Assembly: GCF_009914755.1 (NCBI RefSeq)
Contig: NC_060947.1
Strand: one strand, 5' to 3'
DNA from: the human T2T-CHM13v2.0 reference genome, Homo sapiens
DNA length: 64,000 nucleotides
Below the pieces are notes generated by a model. That model saw nothing but the letters and a program-made list of their open reading frames with translations, searched no databases and was not told where the DNA came from. Positions 1-13,197 of the stretch are shown piece by piece. Both the position numbers and the translations under genes were made by a program. How positions within the stretch are numbered: the first letter of the stretch is position 1; each line of letters begins with the position of its first letter.

Positions 1-344
1 TCGATAAAATGCTCATTGAAGCCTCTGAACCAGATGACAATGTGATAGACCCTGTCCAAGGGGACAAAGGCAGGAGAAATGGCCTAGAATAATCATCTGA
101 CTGGCAGCACAGAGCCAGGCTGTTGCAGAAACCAGTCCTGACATTTACCCTGGCACACCTGTTGATGTTGAAGTGAGAATGCTTTGTTCTATTTTGCTGA
201 CATGGAGGCTAGCCCCAGGCCTCCAGGCAGACCTTTGCAAAGGCTCTCTGGATGGAGACTTCCTGCAGGAGACATCACCATAGAAGGTTTTATTTAGGTA
301 GTATAGTATAACCGCTAAGGTTTATTGAGCACTTATGTGCTAAC

Positions 345-680
345 TATGGCAGAAAAGAGAAGGGACATTCAAAACAGGTAAAGAAGGCGAGTTTAATGAG
401 GAAACTGTTTACAAAGCTATGGATGGGGTTAGGGTAACCGGCAACAGATGGTGAACCTAGCATCAGCTGGGAGCTGTTACCACCCCTAGACTGAGGAAGC
501 AAAAGAGTGTGGCCTAGGTCATCTGTGCTTAAAAGAAGCTGTGAATCTCCATCTCGGAAAAAAAAAAAGAAGCTGTGAGTGACTGTGGGGAGAGGGATGC
601 AGCCAAATGCAGCCATGAAATAAGGAGAAAGCCAGGTGAATGAATACCCTGACCTCACTCTTCCAATCTCCCATCTTCAT
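345..680 (-). mobile_element. Old ERVL-type LTR fragment (LTR33-like)
   Basis: GAGTTTAATGAGGAAACTGTTTACAAAG...GGGTTAGGG; similar to 17270-17790. Confidence 0.45.
545..564 (+). mobile_element. Extremely 5'-truncated Alu-like insertion
   Basis: TSD AAAAGAAGCTGTGA at 531-544 and 565-578; TT/AAAA site; body ATCTCCATCTCGG resembles the Alu 3' end (ACTCCATCTC). Confidence 0.7.
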
Positions 681-971
681 ATGGAGAAGCTTAAAACAAA
701 GAGTAAACTAAGGGGATAATCTCTTTCCCCATTTCTTTATCTGATGGGCACCTTCTGGGCCTATGCATGTGGTTCAGAAAGCACTGCTACAGGGCTCAAA
801 ACAAATAGCACAGAGGGAGACTTGAGCATCCCCCTCACCCCCACCACCTGGAAACCCTTTAGGTACCAGGTGAGTGGTTTTATTCTGGTTATGTTTACAT
901 GGCTTTAAGATGTTTGATTTGATTAAAGAATCACCACCACAATAGAACTGAAAAAATCACATTCTAAGTAC

Positions 972-972
<1 letters not shown>

Positions 973-1003
<31 letters not shown>

Positions 1004-1008
1004 AACAC
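973..1008. repeat. (CA)n microsatellite
   Basis: (AC)12 followed by imperfect units. Confidence 0.95.
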
Positions 1009-1988
1009 AGATGTTAATCGTAAAGTCGAAAACAACCAAAGTGCCCCCAAATAGGGGAGAAATTAAGTAATTTATGGTTCATCAACTTGATGAACAGTCA
1101 TTAAAATGACGGCCATGAAGACAAATGAAGACTAGGTAACACCATGGAAACTTGGGTTTGGCGAAGAAACACAATATGGAAATTGCACACATTATTATTA
1201 TATAAGTAGTCAGAATTTGCTTAGCAAAGTAGACTGGAAGGAAATAAACTATCCATCCAACGAATACTTATTGAGTGCCTATTCTGTGCACCGTTCAGAG
1301 CTAAGCATTTTACACCTTCTCAAATCCACACACTGATATTATGCGACCCCCATTTTACAGATTAAAAACATGAAGGGGAGAAAGATTGATTTACTAAAGC
1401 TAATAAGCGCAGAGCAGAGCTGGGGCTTCAAACTGCTTCACTCTGACTTCAGATCCTGGGCCCCTCCTCTACTGCTCTTTTGCCAAATGATAACAGTGGT
1501 TGTGCTGGGGTTAGATAATTCAGAGGCCTTCTTTCCTTTTCCAGATGTTTGTCACAGTTGTATTTACTTTCAGAATTTGACAAATTGTTTGATTAATTAA
1601 AACCATAATGAAGATTGCCAAGCAGAACCTCAAAGCAATAAAGAAGGCTTTTTAACAATTCTCAAAAGGAAAAACAATAACACAACAACATCTTCTTCAG
1701 AGAAAAGGTAAATTTATTGGCCTTCAGGAAATGAGCAAAAAAGGTAGAAAAATAATTTAAGAAGATGCTGGCTCCAGGCAAGTCCCTCACTCCCCACTGA
1801 GAAAGAAACAGATCAAGCTCATCCAAATCAGATAGCCTACAGGAAAGGAAGATGTCTGCCTGAGGATGCATGCCGTTTACTTGTTTACTTAAGTAAGTGA
1901 TGGTCCCTGGAACCTTGGCAGGGGGATTAGTACTGAAGGTAGCTGTGAGCAAGACCTGCTCATCTACATGGTATAATGTGAAGGTCAC

Positions 1989-2454
1989 TGTATTGGAAAT
2001 TTTAAAAGCTTCATATTTTCCTGATGCCTCAACATTCCCACAAACAGGCTGTGAGCACCCCACCCAGGTGACCAGTTGCACCAAGGTCATAAAGCTGGTC
2101 CCTTCTACAAAGCTCCTCTTCTTGCCGTCCCCTGACTATGACCTTCAAAGGCACAAGTGAAATTCCCTTTTGCTTGTATGCTGCACTTTGACTCCCTATA
2201 AAAGCACCTAGCTTTGTTCTCCCTCTCCCCCACCCCCCTACCCCGTCCCCCTTCCACTCCTACCGGCTTGGTTGAGTCCACTCCATTGGTACTCCTCCCA
2301 TATGGTCCTCTGCATGGCGTGCCTCCCTCTCTAGGACCTGTGAGTATAATAAATGCTTTAATTTCAGATGTCTCTCTGAGTGCAATTTCTATGGCCCTGT
2401 TGGAGTGATCCTTAAAGACCCCACAAGGGGGCTTACTCCCCCATTTACAACACA
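1989..2454 (+). mobile_element. Solo LTR, probably ERVL class
   Basis: TG...CA ends, TATAAAA near 2197, AATAAA near 2348, imperfect 5-bp flanks GTCAC/GTCAT. Confidence 0.45.
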
Positions 2455-2749
2455 GTCATCAATTCAGCAATTGGTTTCTAAGAATAAGCTTTAAAGTCAG
2501 ACAGATTTGGGTTTCAACCAGGCTCCAATATTTCACCAGCTGTATGACATTTTGTTCAAGTCTCTTGACCTCTTTGGGCTTTGTTTCTTTCATCTGTCAG
2601 TCTCCCTCACAAAGTTGTAGGGATCTTAAGGCTTAATGAGATTATATCTATAAAGTCTTTAGAACAAAGTCTGGCATATACTAAATGCTCAATAAACACT
2701 AACATCTCTAATTTCCAAGAAGGTACCCCAGATAGAGAATATTTCCCAC

Positions 2750-3750
2750 TGAAAGAAATTAAATTATTTTACCCCCAAAATATATTTCTTTGACATATTT
2801 TGAAAGGGCTGCTGCTTAGCCATCTTGACAAAAGTGGCCTTACAAAGCTTTGTAAGGCCCCTTCTTTCCCCACTTAACACAGCTTCTTAAGAGGGGAAAA
2901 TTTGTATCTGTAGAGAATCCCCATTAATACAGCCATGCCCCCTCCCCTCTCTATGCCTTGCCCCAGATCCAGGGAGAAATTGAAGGTCTGACCCCTTTAA
3001 AAGTCTGAAAAGAAACGGATACGGTTTGGATCTGTGTCCCCACCAATCTCATGTCAAATAGTATTCCCCAGTGTTGGGGGTGAGACCTGGTGGGAGGTGA
3101 ATGGATCTTGGGGGCGGATTTCTCATGAATGGTTTAGCACTATCACCCGGTACTGCCTTCATGATAGCGAATGAGCAAGTTATCCTGAGACGTGGTGGTT
3201 TAAAAGTATGTAGCACCCCCCCAGCCTTGCTCTCTTGCTTCTGCTCTTGCCCTGGGAGATACTTCACTCACCCTTTGCCCTCCACCATGATTGGAAGTTC
3301 CCTGAGGCCTCCCCAGAAGCAGAAGCTGCTATGCCTCCTGAACAGCCTATAGAACGGTGAGCCAACTAAATCTCTTTCCTTTGTAAATTACCCCGTCTCA
3401 GGTATTTCTTTATAGCAGTGCGAGAACAGACTAATACAGAAATATTTACCATTTATGCTCTCAAGAGAGGCTTCATCTACATAACAAGGCTACCTTTGCT
3501 AGCCAAGCCTCTTCTCTCTCTCCTATAACTTGTTTTTACCAGAATCGAAGCCCCAACTCTTTCTGTAACCTCAAAATGGTATATAAGTTTCTGTGACTCA
3601 TTGAGAAGTTGGGTCTTCATCCTGAGGGCTTCCATATATGCATGTTAAATAAATTTGTATACTTTTTCTCCTATTAACCAATCCACCCCATTTCAGTGAT
3701 TTTTTGAGAATCTTTCAGGGGCCCAGAGCCTATAGCCCCCAGACCACACA
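2750..3750 (+). mobile_element. ERV1 LTR (MER34/MER39-like) interrupted by a MaLR LTR
   Basis: TGAAAGAAATT...TTTTACCCCCAAAATATATTTCTTTGACATATTTTGA start; sequence resumes after 3438. Confidence 0.65.
3017..3438 (+). mobile_element. MaLR solo LTR (MSTA/THE1-like)
   Basis: GATACGGTTTGGATCTGTGTCCCCACC...GACTAATACA; flanks GAAAC/GAAAT. Confidence 0.88.
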
Positions 3751-5242
3751 ATACTGATGTTTCCACTGTAAGAAATTCATGAATCTGGACTAATGGTTAT
3801 CCCCTCCAAGTATTCCCTTTGGTCATTTTCATTATCAGGCTTCAAAATCAAGGGGGTTGGTGAGCAATGGCCATGGAATAATAGCCTGGATATGGCAGAA
3901 GAGAATGATGAACCCCACCTCTTTCATGCCCTGTGAAATTGAAAAGGTAAGGAAAGGAGAGGGTTTTGTTTGCAGTGAATGTGTTCCATGGAGAGGCAGA
4001 AACAGGAGAAAATCAACCATCTTTGAGTTAGAGTGAACAGGAAGTGTGAGGATTCCAGGCCTTCCTCTCCATCTCTATTAATACTTCTGGGAAAATAAAA
4101 GTAGGCTGTTATATCCATTGGAGAGCCACACACCCAAAGAATAAAATTCTCCAGGAGAACCTGAAATGATAAATAGGGGAGCTTTTGTGCCTTCTCTAAG
4201 CTAAGGGACATTTAACAACAGAAGGCCATTAGTTAAGTTTTGTGGTTGAGGATGTGGGCCCAGGAACAAAACTGCCTGAGTTTTGACCTCTTTGCTAGTT
4301 ATAAACCAGAGGACTTTGGACAATACATTTAGTGTCTGTGCCTCCATTTCCTCACCTTTGAAATGAGAGAGATGTGATAGTGCATAGGACACTTGTGAGT
4401 ATTAAGTGTCTTATAACATTCTAAGTGCCTAATAGAGTGTCCAGCACTTAGTAAGTGCTCAATTAATGGTAGCTGTTAGTACTGTTACCATAGCAGACCA
4501 AAGTGTAAAAAGCAATTTTGTTTGAGAAACAGAAATGATTTCACATAACTGCTTTTAAAATTAAGAGTTGAAACCATAAATTCTAGTTACAAGTGATAAA
4601 AAGCTTTCTTACATTTCATATTACGGACACATGGGGTAGGAGACAGCAGAGGGGATAAAATCAATCTGGAAGGAGAACCAGAGAGAACAGCCAAGACAGA
4701 CAGCAAGGAAAGGAGGAGACAGAAAGGGAGTCGTGTGATGAGCAGGTGCTGGGTGTGCGAGTTACCATCACCTCCTGTTTCCCTGAACTCTGGACTTCAG
4801 AGGAAGTTGTCACCACCTTTTGAAATACATTGCGTTTTTTGGCTCTTAGAAGTAGTTTTTCTGCCTTTTTTCTAAATCTCAACATTAAGTTCTGAAATAA
4901 AATTATTTTTTTCATGAAAGGATGAGGGTTTTATACCTGCACACAGGTGAAGGGATGACTTGGGGTTTAGACGTGTTCTTTAGAAGGTGAAAAATATCAG
5001 CAAATTGACAAACTCCATCTGGAAGTCCTTTGGCCATGAAAGCTGTCAGAATAACTCCGATCTGTTCTTTGAGGCTGTCTCACTTGTGTTCATAAGTTTA
5101 CATGTAGAACACTATGGACCTCTCAAGTTCTTCTGTCCCTAGGAGCAAAGGCAGAGGTGGGCTCCACAGGTCAGAGGTTCTTCCCCTGTTCTGAGCCTCA
5201 AACCAGAACATTGCAAAACAACTGGCCACCCTGGGAATATGA

Positions 5243-5558
<316 letters not shown>

Positions 5559-5726
5559 CTGCTTTCTGCCTTCTAACTTGTTTTGAGGTTTGGAATCTGT
5601 GCTGGGTAGGGGTAGGGGGTTGCTAGATCCCCTCTGGGCTTATTCTGCTAGGCCAGAGGCAGCTAGGACTTTGGGTCCTCATGAAATTCTTCCCAAGTCT
5701 GTAACACTACGACTGACAATCTAGCT

Positions 5727-6050
5727 TAGGGGCTGGCAAAGTTTTTCTGTAAAAAGCCAGCTAGTCAATGTTTAGGTTTGTGGGACATACAGGTCCCTTC
5801 ACAATTAATCAACTCTACTGTTGGAGTACAAGAGTAGTCATAGACAATATGTAAATGAATAACTGTGGCTGTGTTCTGATAAAATTTTATGGCCACTGAC
5901 ATTTTAATTTTACATAACTGTCATGTTTAACAAAATAGTCCTCTTTTCAAACATTTAAAAGTGGAAAAACCATGTTAGCTACTAAAACAGGTATACAAAC
6001 AGAGGTGGTGAGCCAGATTTGATACATGGGCCACAGTTTGCTAAGCCCTG
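5727..6050. mobile_element. hAT-Charlie MITE (MER58B-like)
   Basis: Inverted termini AGGGGCTGGCAAA...TTTGCTAAGCCCTG; 8-bp TSD ATCTAGCT/GTCTAGCT. Confidence 0.8.
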
Positions 6051-6082
6051 GTCTAGCTACGAGATTGAAAACCTGGAATTTG

Positions 6083-6338
6083 GGCCAGGTGTAGTGGCTC
6101 ATGCTTGTAATCCCAGCACTTTGGGAGGCTGAGGCAGGAGGATCACTTGAGGCCAGGAGTTCAAGACCAGCCTAGGCAACATAGTGAAACCCTGTCTCTT
6201 AAACAATTTTTTTTAAAATTAGCCAGGTGTGGTGGTATGTACCTGTAGGTCTAGCCACTTGGGAGGCTGAGCGCAGGAGGATTACTTGAGCCCAGGATTT
6301 TGAGGTTACAGTGAGTGAGACCCTTTCTCAAAAAAAAA
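6083..6338 (+). mobile_element. Alu (J-like) with right-arm deletion
   Basis: Alu consensus match. Confidence 0.9.
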
Positions 6339-7259
6339 TTTTAAAAACATCTGGGCTTAGAAAGATGCTGCAGGACAGTGGAGAGTGATGATCCTGAGAT
6401 CCTGGACTCCACCCCTATGCAAGAAAACTTTTCCTACAAAGCTGCTTCGTTGCATAAAGAGGAACTATCAACCCCTCATTAGATAACTTGAATTCCTCAT
6501 TGCCCAACTACCTCAGATAATTAAAGTGTTAAATTTCTATCAAAGCAATATTAATTTTGCCTTCCAATTCCAATTCCTGTCTCTACTTTTGGAGGTTAAT
6601 GGATTTGAAGAATGAATGAGGTAAGTTCTATCGTCAGATAAATTAGGGACTCACACACTAAGAAACAACTCACTGAACAGAATGGATGGGATTTGAATCA
6701 ATTTATATAACCAACGGGAAAACATTCCAAAAGCTGCAGCAACTAACATGTTGAAACATGCACATAACTTTCCAGTAAGACATGTCTCAGTGTAGACATT
6801 AGATGTTTGAGTTATACTTTGCAGGTAAGTGTGCACAGATTCCCCCCACAACCTTCAGGGACCCTAAGTTATGAATCATGCCCTAAGTCCAACCCTCTCA
6901 TCTAATATAGGGGGAATGAAAGCCCACTAAAGGGAAATGAGTTGCACAAGGTCACACACCTGTCCTACAGAGGGGGTGCAGAAACACTTGGATTTAGGTC
7001 CCAAAGAAGAAGGGCAAAGGCTACTATTCCTAGCCTTAGGGCTGGAGAAGGTGGAGAAGAGTATACACCAGATGGTTAAGGGATTCTCCCCAGGTAGCAG
7101 AGTTACCCAGTTTTCACAAGGGATTGCAAGTGGGGTGGTGTCAGGTAGAGAAAGGTATAGGTCAACTTTTTGGATGCCTATTAAAAATGTTCACTCTGAG
7201 CCAGGAATAGTATTAAGTGTGTTTTATACACCCCATCTTCTTTAAGCCCACAGTTATTC

Positions 7260-7765
7260 TGAAGCCATCCTCAAAGGGTAACAAGAATTGTGGACAGAAA
7301 TATAGTTATAATTAAGCATTAATTAGGCTGCACTTTGACCTACTTCCTTGTAACTGAAAGTCACATTTGCATCCCCATTGTTCCTATGGTAGGCTCTCTG
7401 ACATCAAAATCATAAGGCTTTGGTTTGAGAATTGCTTATGATTTTTTTTTCAGATCCTGAATCCCAGCAAAACAGATGATGTCAACAGTTTGAAGACCCC
7501 CACAGAGGAACGGAATCAGTATGAGAATCCAGTTTATTCACCTCCCTGTCCCATGACTTTACCCTACACTCTTTAACCAATCAACAATCTCCACACTTCA
7601 GCCCCACTCCAAAACTCTTAAAACCCTAGCCAAAAACTCCTTCAGGAGATGGATTTGAGGTTTCCTCTCATCTCCTGGTTTGGCAGCCCTACGATTAAAC
7701 CTCTTTCTCTGCTGCAACCTGGTGTCTTGGTGTACTGACTTGCAACAGACCTATTCCAGTTATAA
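7260..7765 (+). mobile_element. ERV1 solo LTR (LTR26-like)
   Basis: GGACAGAAATATAGTTATAATTAAGCATTAATTAGGCTGCACTTTG; ATTAAA poly(A) signal near 7695. Confidence 0.7.
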
Positions 7766-7941
7766 CTCTACCCTACAAGGTAGATATGAAAATTCCCACT
7801 TATAGATGGGGAAACTGATTGAATGGTACAAGAGATCTACTAAAATAGTTTTAACTCTGGCAGGAAGAGAGCCCTTAGCTACCTGAGGAAGACCAGCCTC
7901 AGCAACTATGGGAAGAGCAAAGTCCATTCAAGCTGTGACAG

Positions 7942-8285
7942 TGAGACAGCCAAGTATAAGGGGCTCCCTGGCAAAACTCCAACCAGCCTGCATGCTAGGA
8001 GGAATGCACACTGGGGTGGGGCCTCAGGAAGTTCATGCCATTTGCAGTGGGGAGGAGCCTGGGCCTTCCTCTTCCTGTGTGGAACCTGGGATTCAAACTG
8101 AGAGGCAGGAAGTGCGCCAGCAGAGACTCTGGCTTTGCGGAGGGTCCCTGTTTCCCGTTTTTTCCCCTTTCACCCAATAAAACCCCGCCTTACTCACCCT
8201 TCAAATTGTCTGCAGGCCTAAATTTTTGTGGCTGTGTAGCAAGGACCCCATCTTTAGCTGAACTAAGGAAAAGTCCTGCAAAACA
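7942..8285 (+). mobile_element. ERV1 solo LTR (MER61-like)
   Basis: TGAGACAGCC...AAACTCCAACCAGCCTG...AATAAAACCC...TAGCTGAACTAAGGAAAAGTCC. Confidence 0.75.
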
Positions 8286-8619
8286 GCAAAGGTAGCGTCA
8301 GAAGTAGAAGCCTCAGCTTTCTGGTACCTGTGACTGAGCTCCCAGGGCCTGCTCAGGGATGCACCTTGGGGAAGGTTTGGACTGCAGGTCTATTTTCATT
8401 CTCATTGTGACCATTATTCACATCCCATCGCACTATACCACTCTATCTTTTCCCCTTCCTTCCTGCTTTTATGACCTAGGGAAGCAAAGGTTCAACTCAT
8501 AGTACATGACAACCACTAAAACCATGGACATTCAAGCTCTGTTCAATGATCAATCAGTGCTTTGTTCATTGTTTAGATTATCTGTGGGGACATGAGATAT
8601 CACATCTCTTTACTTCACA

Positions 8620-8870
8620 GAGGCAATGTCCCATAGTGACTAAAAGCACAAATCCTGGAACAGAGATCCTGGAGCCAAACTCTCTAGGCTTGGATCCCAT
8701 TCCCACTACCTACTAGCTATATGACCTTGAGCAGTTTACTTAACTTCTCTTTGTTTCCTGCCTTCATCCATAAAACGGGGATACTAATAGTAGCCACCTC
8801 ACAGGATTAAATGAGTTGTTACACATCAAGCACATAGTGTGGACTTATATGAGTTAATTGCTATTGTTAT
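8620..8870 (+). mobile_element. MIR SINE (other MIR/L2 fragments near 2480-2700, 4260-4480, 9200-9450, 29700-30420, 31750-32120, 52730-53110, 56480-56890, 63870-64000)
   Basis: MIR core TGACCTTGAGCAGTTTACTTAACTTCTCT...TAAAACGGGGATA. Confidence 0.7.
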
Positions 8871-9523
8871 TGACTTCAAGGTTACATCCTGAGTGAGTCA
8901 GACTGAACTAGGAAAGCTGCCAAGACAGGTACAAAGGGTGTTTGTGTGAAGGTGAGTGTATGAGGAGTAGGGCGATAGGGAAGGTGAAACAAGGAGAAAA
9001 GGAGGAAAACATAAAGGTTGAGGAGGAGGGAGGAAGAGAAACATAAGGTGGGAAAAGGGATGGACAGGGCCAGGGAAAGGAGCAGGAAAGAGGCAGAGAA
9101 ATTCAACAGCAAACACTCAGCAATGTGAAAGAAGTGGGTGCTTTGAACTACATACTGCAGCAAACATAGAGGTGGTCGATATTAGCCAGGTTATATAATA
9201 ACAACAATGGCTGCATTGACTGAATACTATGTCCCAGACTCTGTGCTGGTGTTTTGTGTGTGTTTCTTGTTCAATTCTCAGCACACTCGATGAGAATTTT
9301 ACCACAACCCTTTTCACAAATGAGAAAAGTTATACTTAGGGTGACTAGGTAACATATCAAAGGTCACCCATCTAGTAAGATGTACAGAGACCCCTGGATT
9401 CAAATTCAGGTCTGCCTAACTCCAAAGCCCATGCTCCAAACACATCCTATGCCTGCCACCCAACCAACAGTTATCTGTGTTTGAAATCTGTTGGCATCAG
9501 ATTATACCCACAGATGCACTTCT

Positions 9524-9594
9524 TTTTTTTTTTTTTTGAACATTGCTAGACAAAATTTTATTCAGAAATTTTGTGTAACCAACTTACTATCACT
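9524..9594 (-). mobile_element. Short non-Alu, non-L1 retroposed insertion (57 bp plus poly(A))
   Basis: 16-bp TSD CCACAGATGCACTTCT at 9508-9523 and 9595-9610; T14 at 9524-9537; AATAAA on minus at 9557-9562. Confidence 0.85.
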
Positions 9595-9981
9595 CCACAG
9601 ATGCACTTCTAATTCACTTAGAATAGTAGTCTAATAAAAATCATAAATCTTTGAAAAACTACTAGGTATACCTCTACCTTTTAGGAAATTCCCTGAGAAG
9701 ACAAATAATCAAGCCAGACTAAGACATCAGCTGGTCTGGAATACTAATAGGTTCACATTCTTGGTGTCTTCAAGAAGAGCTCACTGCTGAGGAAAATCTA
9801 CTGGATGAAGGGAATAAAAGGGGGAATAGAGTATAGGCCCCAAACTGCTGGAAGCATTACCTTTGAAAACGGGAAAATGAACCTGAGAAGAACACATAGC
9901 ACCTGAGATGACAGCTCATATCCTTAGCACACACAGATATCTAGAATGAGAAGGGATTTTTAAAGATGATGAATTTCTTCA

Positions 9982-10410
<429 letters not shown>

Positions 10411-10955
10411 TCATTTGCCCAAATGAAAGACAAATGTTAAGATGGAAGGAAATGTGCTTTTCCCCACCCTGATGCAGGTGTGCTTTCTAGTTGACAAGCC
10501 TGAGCTCTCAGCTCATAGCAACGGGATTTACCCGAGTTTCTAATTAAGAAATTATGGAAAGAAAAAAAATGCACATACACTCAAATTTCAAGTAGCAGAT
10601 TTAGGGAAAAGCAGGAATTCTCTGGGGCCTTCCCTTACACCTTTTGGAATGTTTATCCTCTTGTTTTTCCCATGCCCTTCTCTCCTCTCCCCATTTCCAT
10701 CTCCTGAGGGCTCCCCAAGGTTTCCCTTGGCTGCAAAGGCCTGGGTGGATACTCCCTTCCTGGAACCCCTATGTGTTCAGAAAATCTAAAAGGACCCACT
10801 CTAAGATTAGATTTCTCCTAGACACAAGCTAGGCCAATAAATCACATGACTCGGGCTTTCACTGGCTTCAGTCAGCTCTGGGGTCTCCATTCTGAAGTGA
10901 TTCCCTAAATCCAAGAAAGATATTTGCCCCAACATGCTTTAAGAATGTATTTGAC

Positions 10956-11308
10956 GGCCAGGTGCAGTGGCTTATGCCTGTAATCCCAGCATTTTGGGAG
11001 GCTGAGGTGGGAAGATTGCTTGAGTCCAGGAGTTTGAAACCAGCTGGGCAACATGGTGAGTTTGCTTGAGTCCAGGAGTTTGAGGCCAGCCATGGTGAGA
11101 CATCCCCTCCCCACCCCCCACAACACAACTCTACAAAAAATACAAAAATTAGCCAGGAGTGGTGATGCGCACCTGTAGTCTGAGCTACTCGGGAGGCTGA
11201 GGTAGGGGGATCGCTTAAGCCCAGGAAGTTGAGGCTGCAGTGAGCAATGTTCACATCACTGCACTCCAGCCTGGGTGACAGAATGAGACCCTGTCGCATA
11301 AAAAAAAA
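10956..11308 (+). mobile_element. Alu (J-like) with internal duplication of the B-box region
   Basis: TTGCTTGAGTCCAGGAGTTTGA at 11016 and 11062; flanks AATGTATTTGA on both sides. Confidence 0.9.
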
Positions 11309-12516
11309 ATGTATTTGAAAGATGTCCTTCAAGTTTCCTCCTTTGTTTGGCTGGAAAGTCTTGTGTAAGCTTTTCCAATTTAAACATCCATTGGAACAAA
11401 GTATTTGCTCACTTTTCTGTTCTGTACTTGCTGCAGGGCATCTCTTAAGCACAGTTTAATCACATTGCTGGGAACTGCAATTATTTTGCATCTCCCGGAG
11501 GCTCCTGAGAGACAACTGTAAATAATGGCTTATTCTCTTCACCAAACAAGAAGGCAATTGACTCACACAATTGCCTGAAGACTGGGCCTGGGAACTCCAG
11601 TTTCATTCCACAGGGATGCACTTAAAGGGCTGGCGTAGAGAATGAAAAACTCCCCAATGGAGGTAGGAATGGTCATTTTCAAGCCATATGTTTCTTCAGA
11701 CGGATGCCTAATTTTAATTTGCCTTTGAATACATTTAGCTCTTGCTCCAAAATTCTCTTCTCATGATTCCTCTTTCTTGCTTATCAGTAGGAGGATGTTG
11801 CTGGCTGCCTGGGGTCTCTGGGGACAGTTTTCATATACGAGCTCTGGAAAATTAAAAATGATCCTGGGAGGCCTGCTAGCTGGCAGTTTATAAAATAGAT
11901 TTTAAAAGAATAATCTTGAGTAACTTTTCTAAACACTAATGTTAAACTTCATATTTGTTTAGGAGCCCCTCGGACTCCATTAAAAGCCGTCTTCTTTGCT
12001 AGGATCTCTGGTTCTGGGCCTGGGAAAGGATGACTAGGAGGTTCTCCCCTCGATTTGAATACTTGAATTCTCTGTAACTGCCTTGACAGTGCAGAGCTGT
12101 GATTGGTGCAGATTAACCACAAACAGGTGAAGCTTTGGGAGTTTTCCAGCGTGTCTGAATTCTAATCGAAGGCAGGGCTGACTGTTTCGATTTCATTCAA
12201 ACATAGCCTCAGCCTAAAGTATCACTGTGTACACTTAAAGAAGCGTCAGACAGAAAGAAAAAGGGCTGCTATTGCCAAAATGCTCGAGAGGTACATTCTA
12301 GGGTGGTGGGAGAGAGCCCAGGACACAGAGTCACAGGCTGGAAATGAACTCAGAATTCTCTCTTCTGGGGATGGCAATTCTTGGGCTGCTCTTGAAGGCT
12401 CACAACACCAGGTCCTTCCCTTCCAGAGACATAGACTTATTGCCCTGACCTGAAATTCTGCCCGTAGAGACTCAGGTCTAGTGGTGAGGTGGTGTCCTCT
12501 GCCTTTACCATCCTCC

Positions 12517-13197
<681 letters not shown>

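Noticed and set aside
1662-2160. 142-aa and 87-aa overlapping ORFs
   Set aside because: No recognisable domain; they overlap a probable LTR and are consistent with chance.
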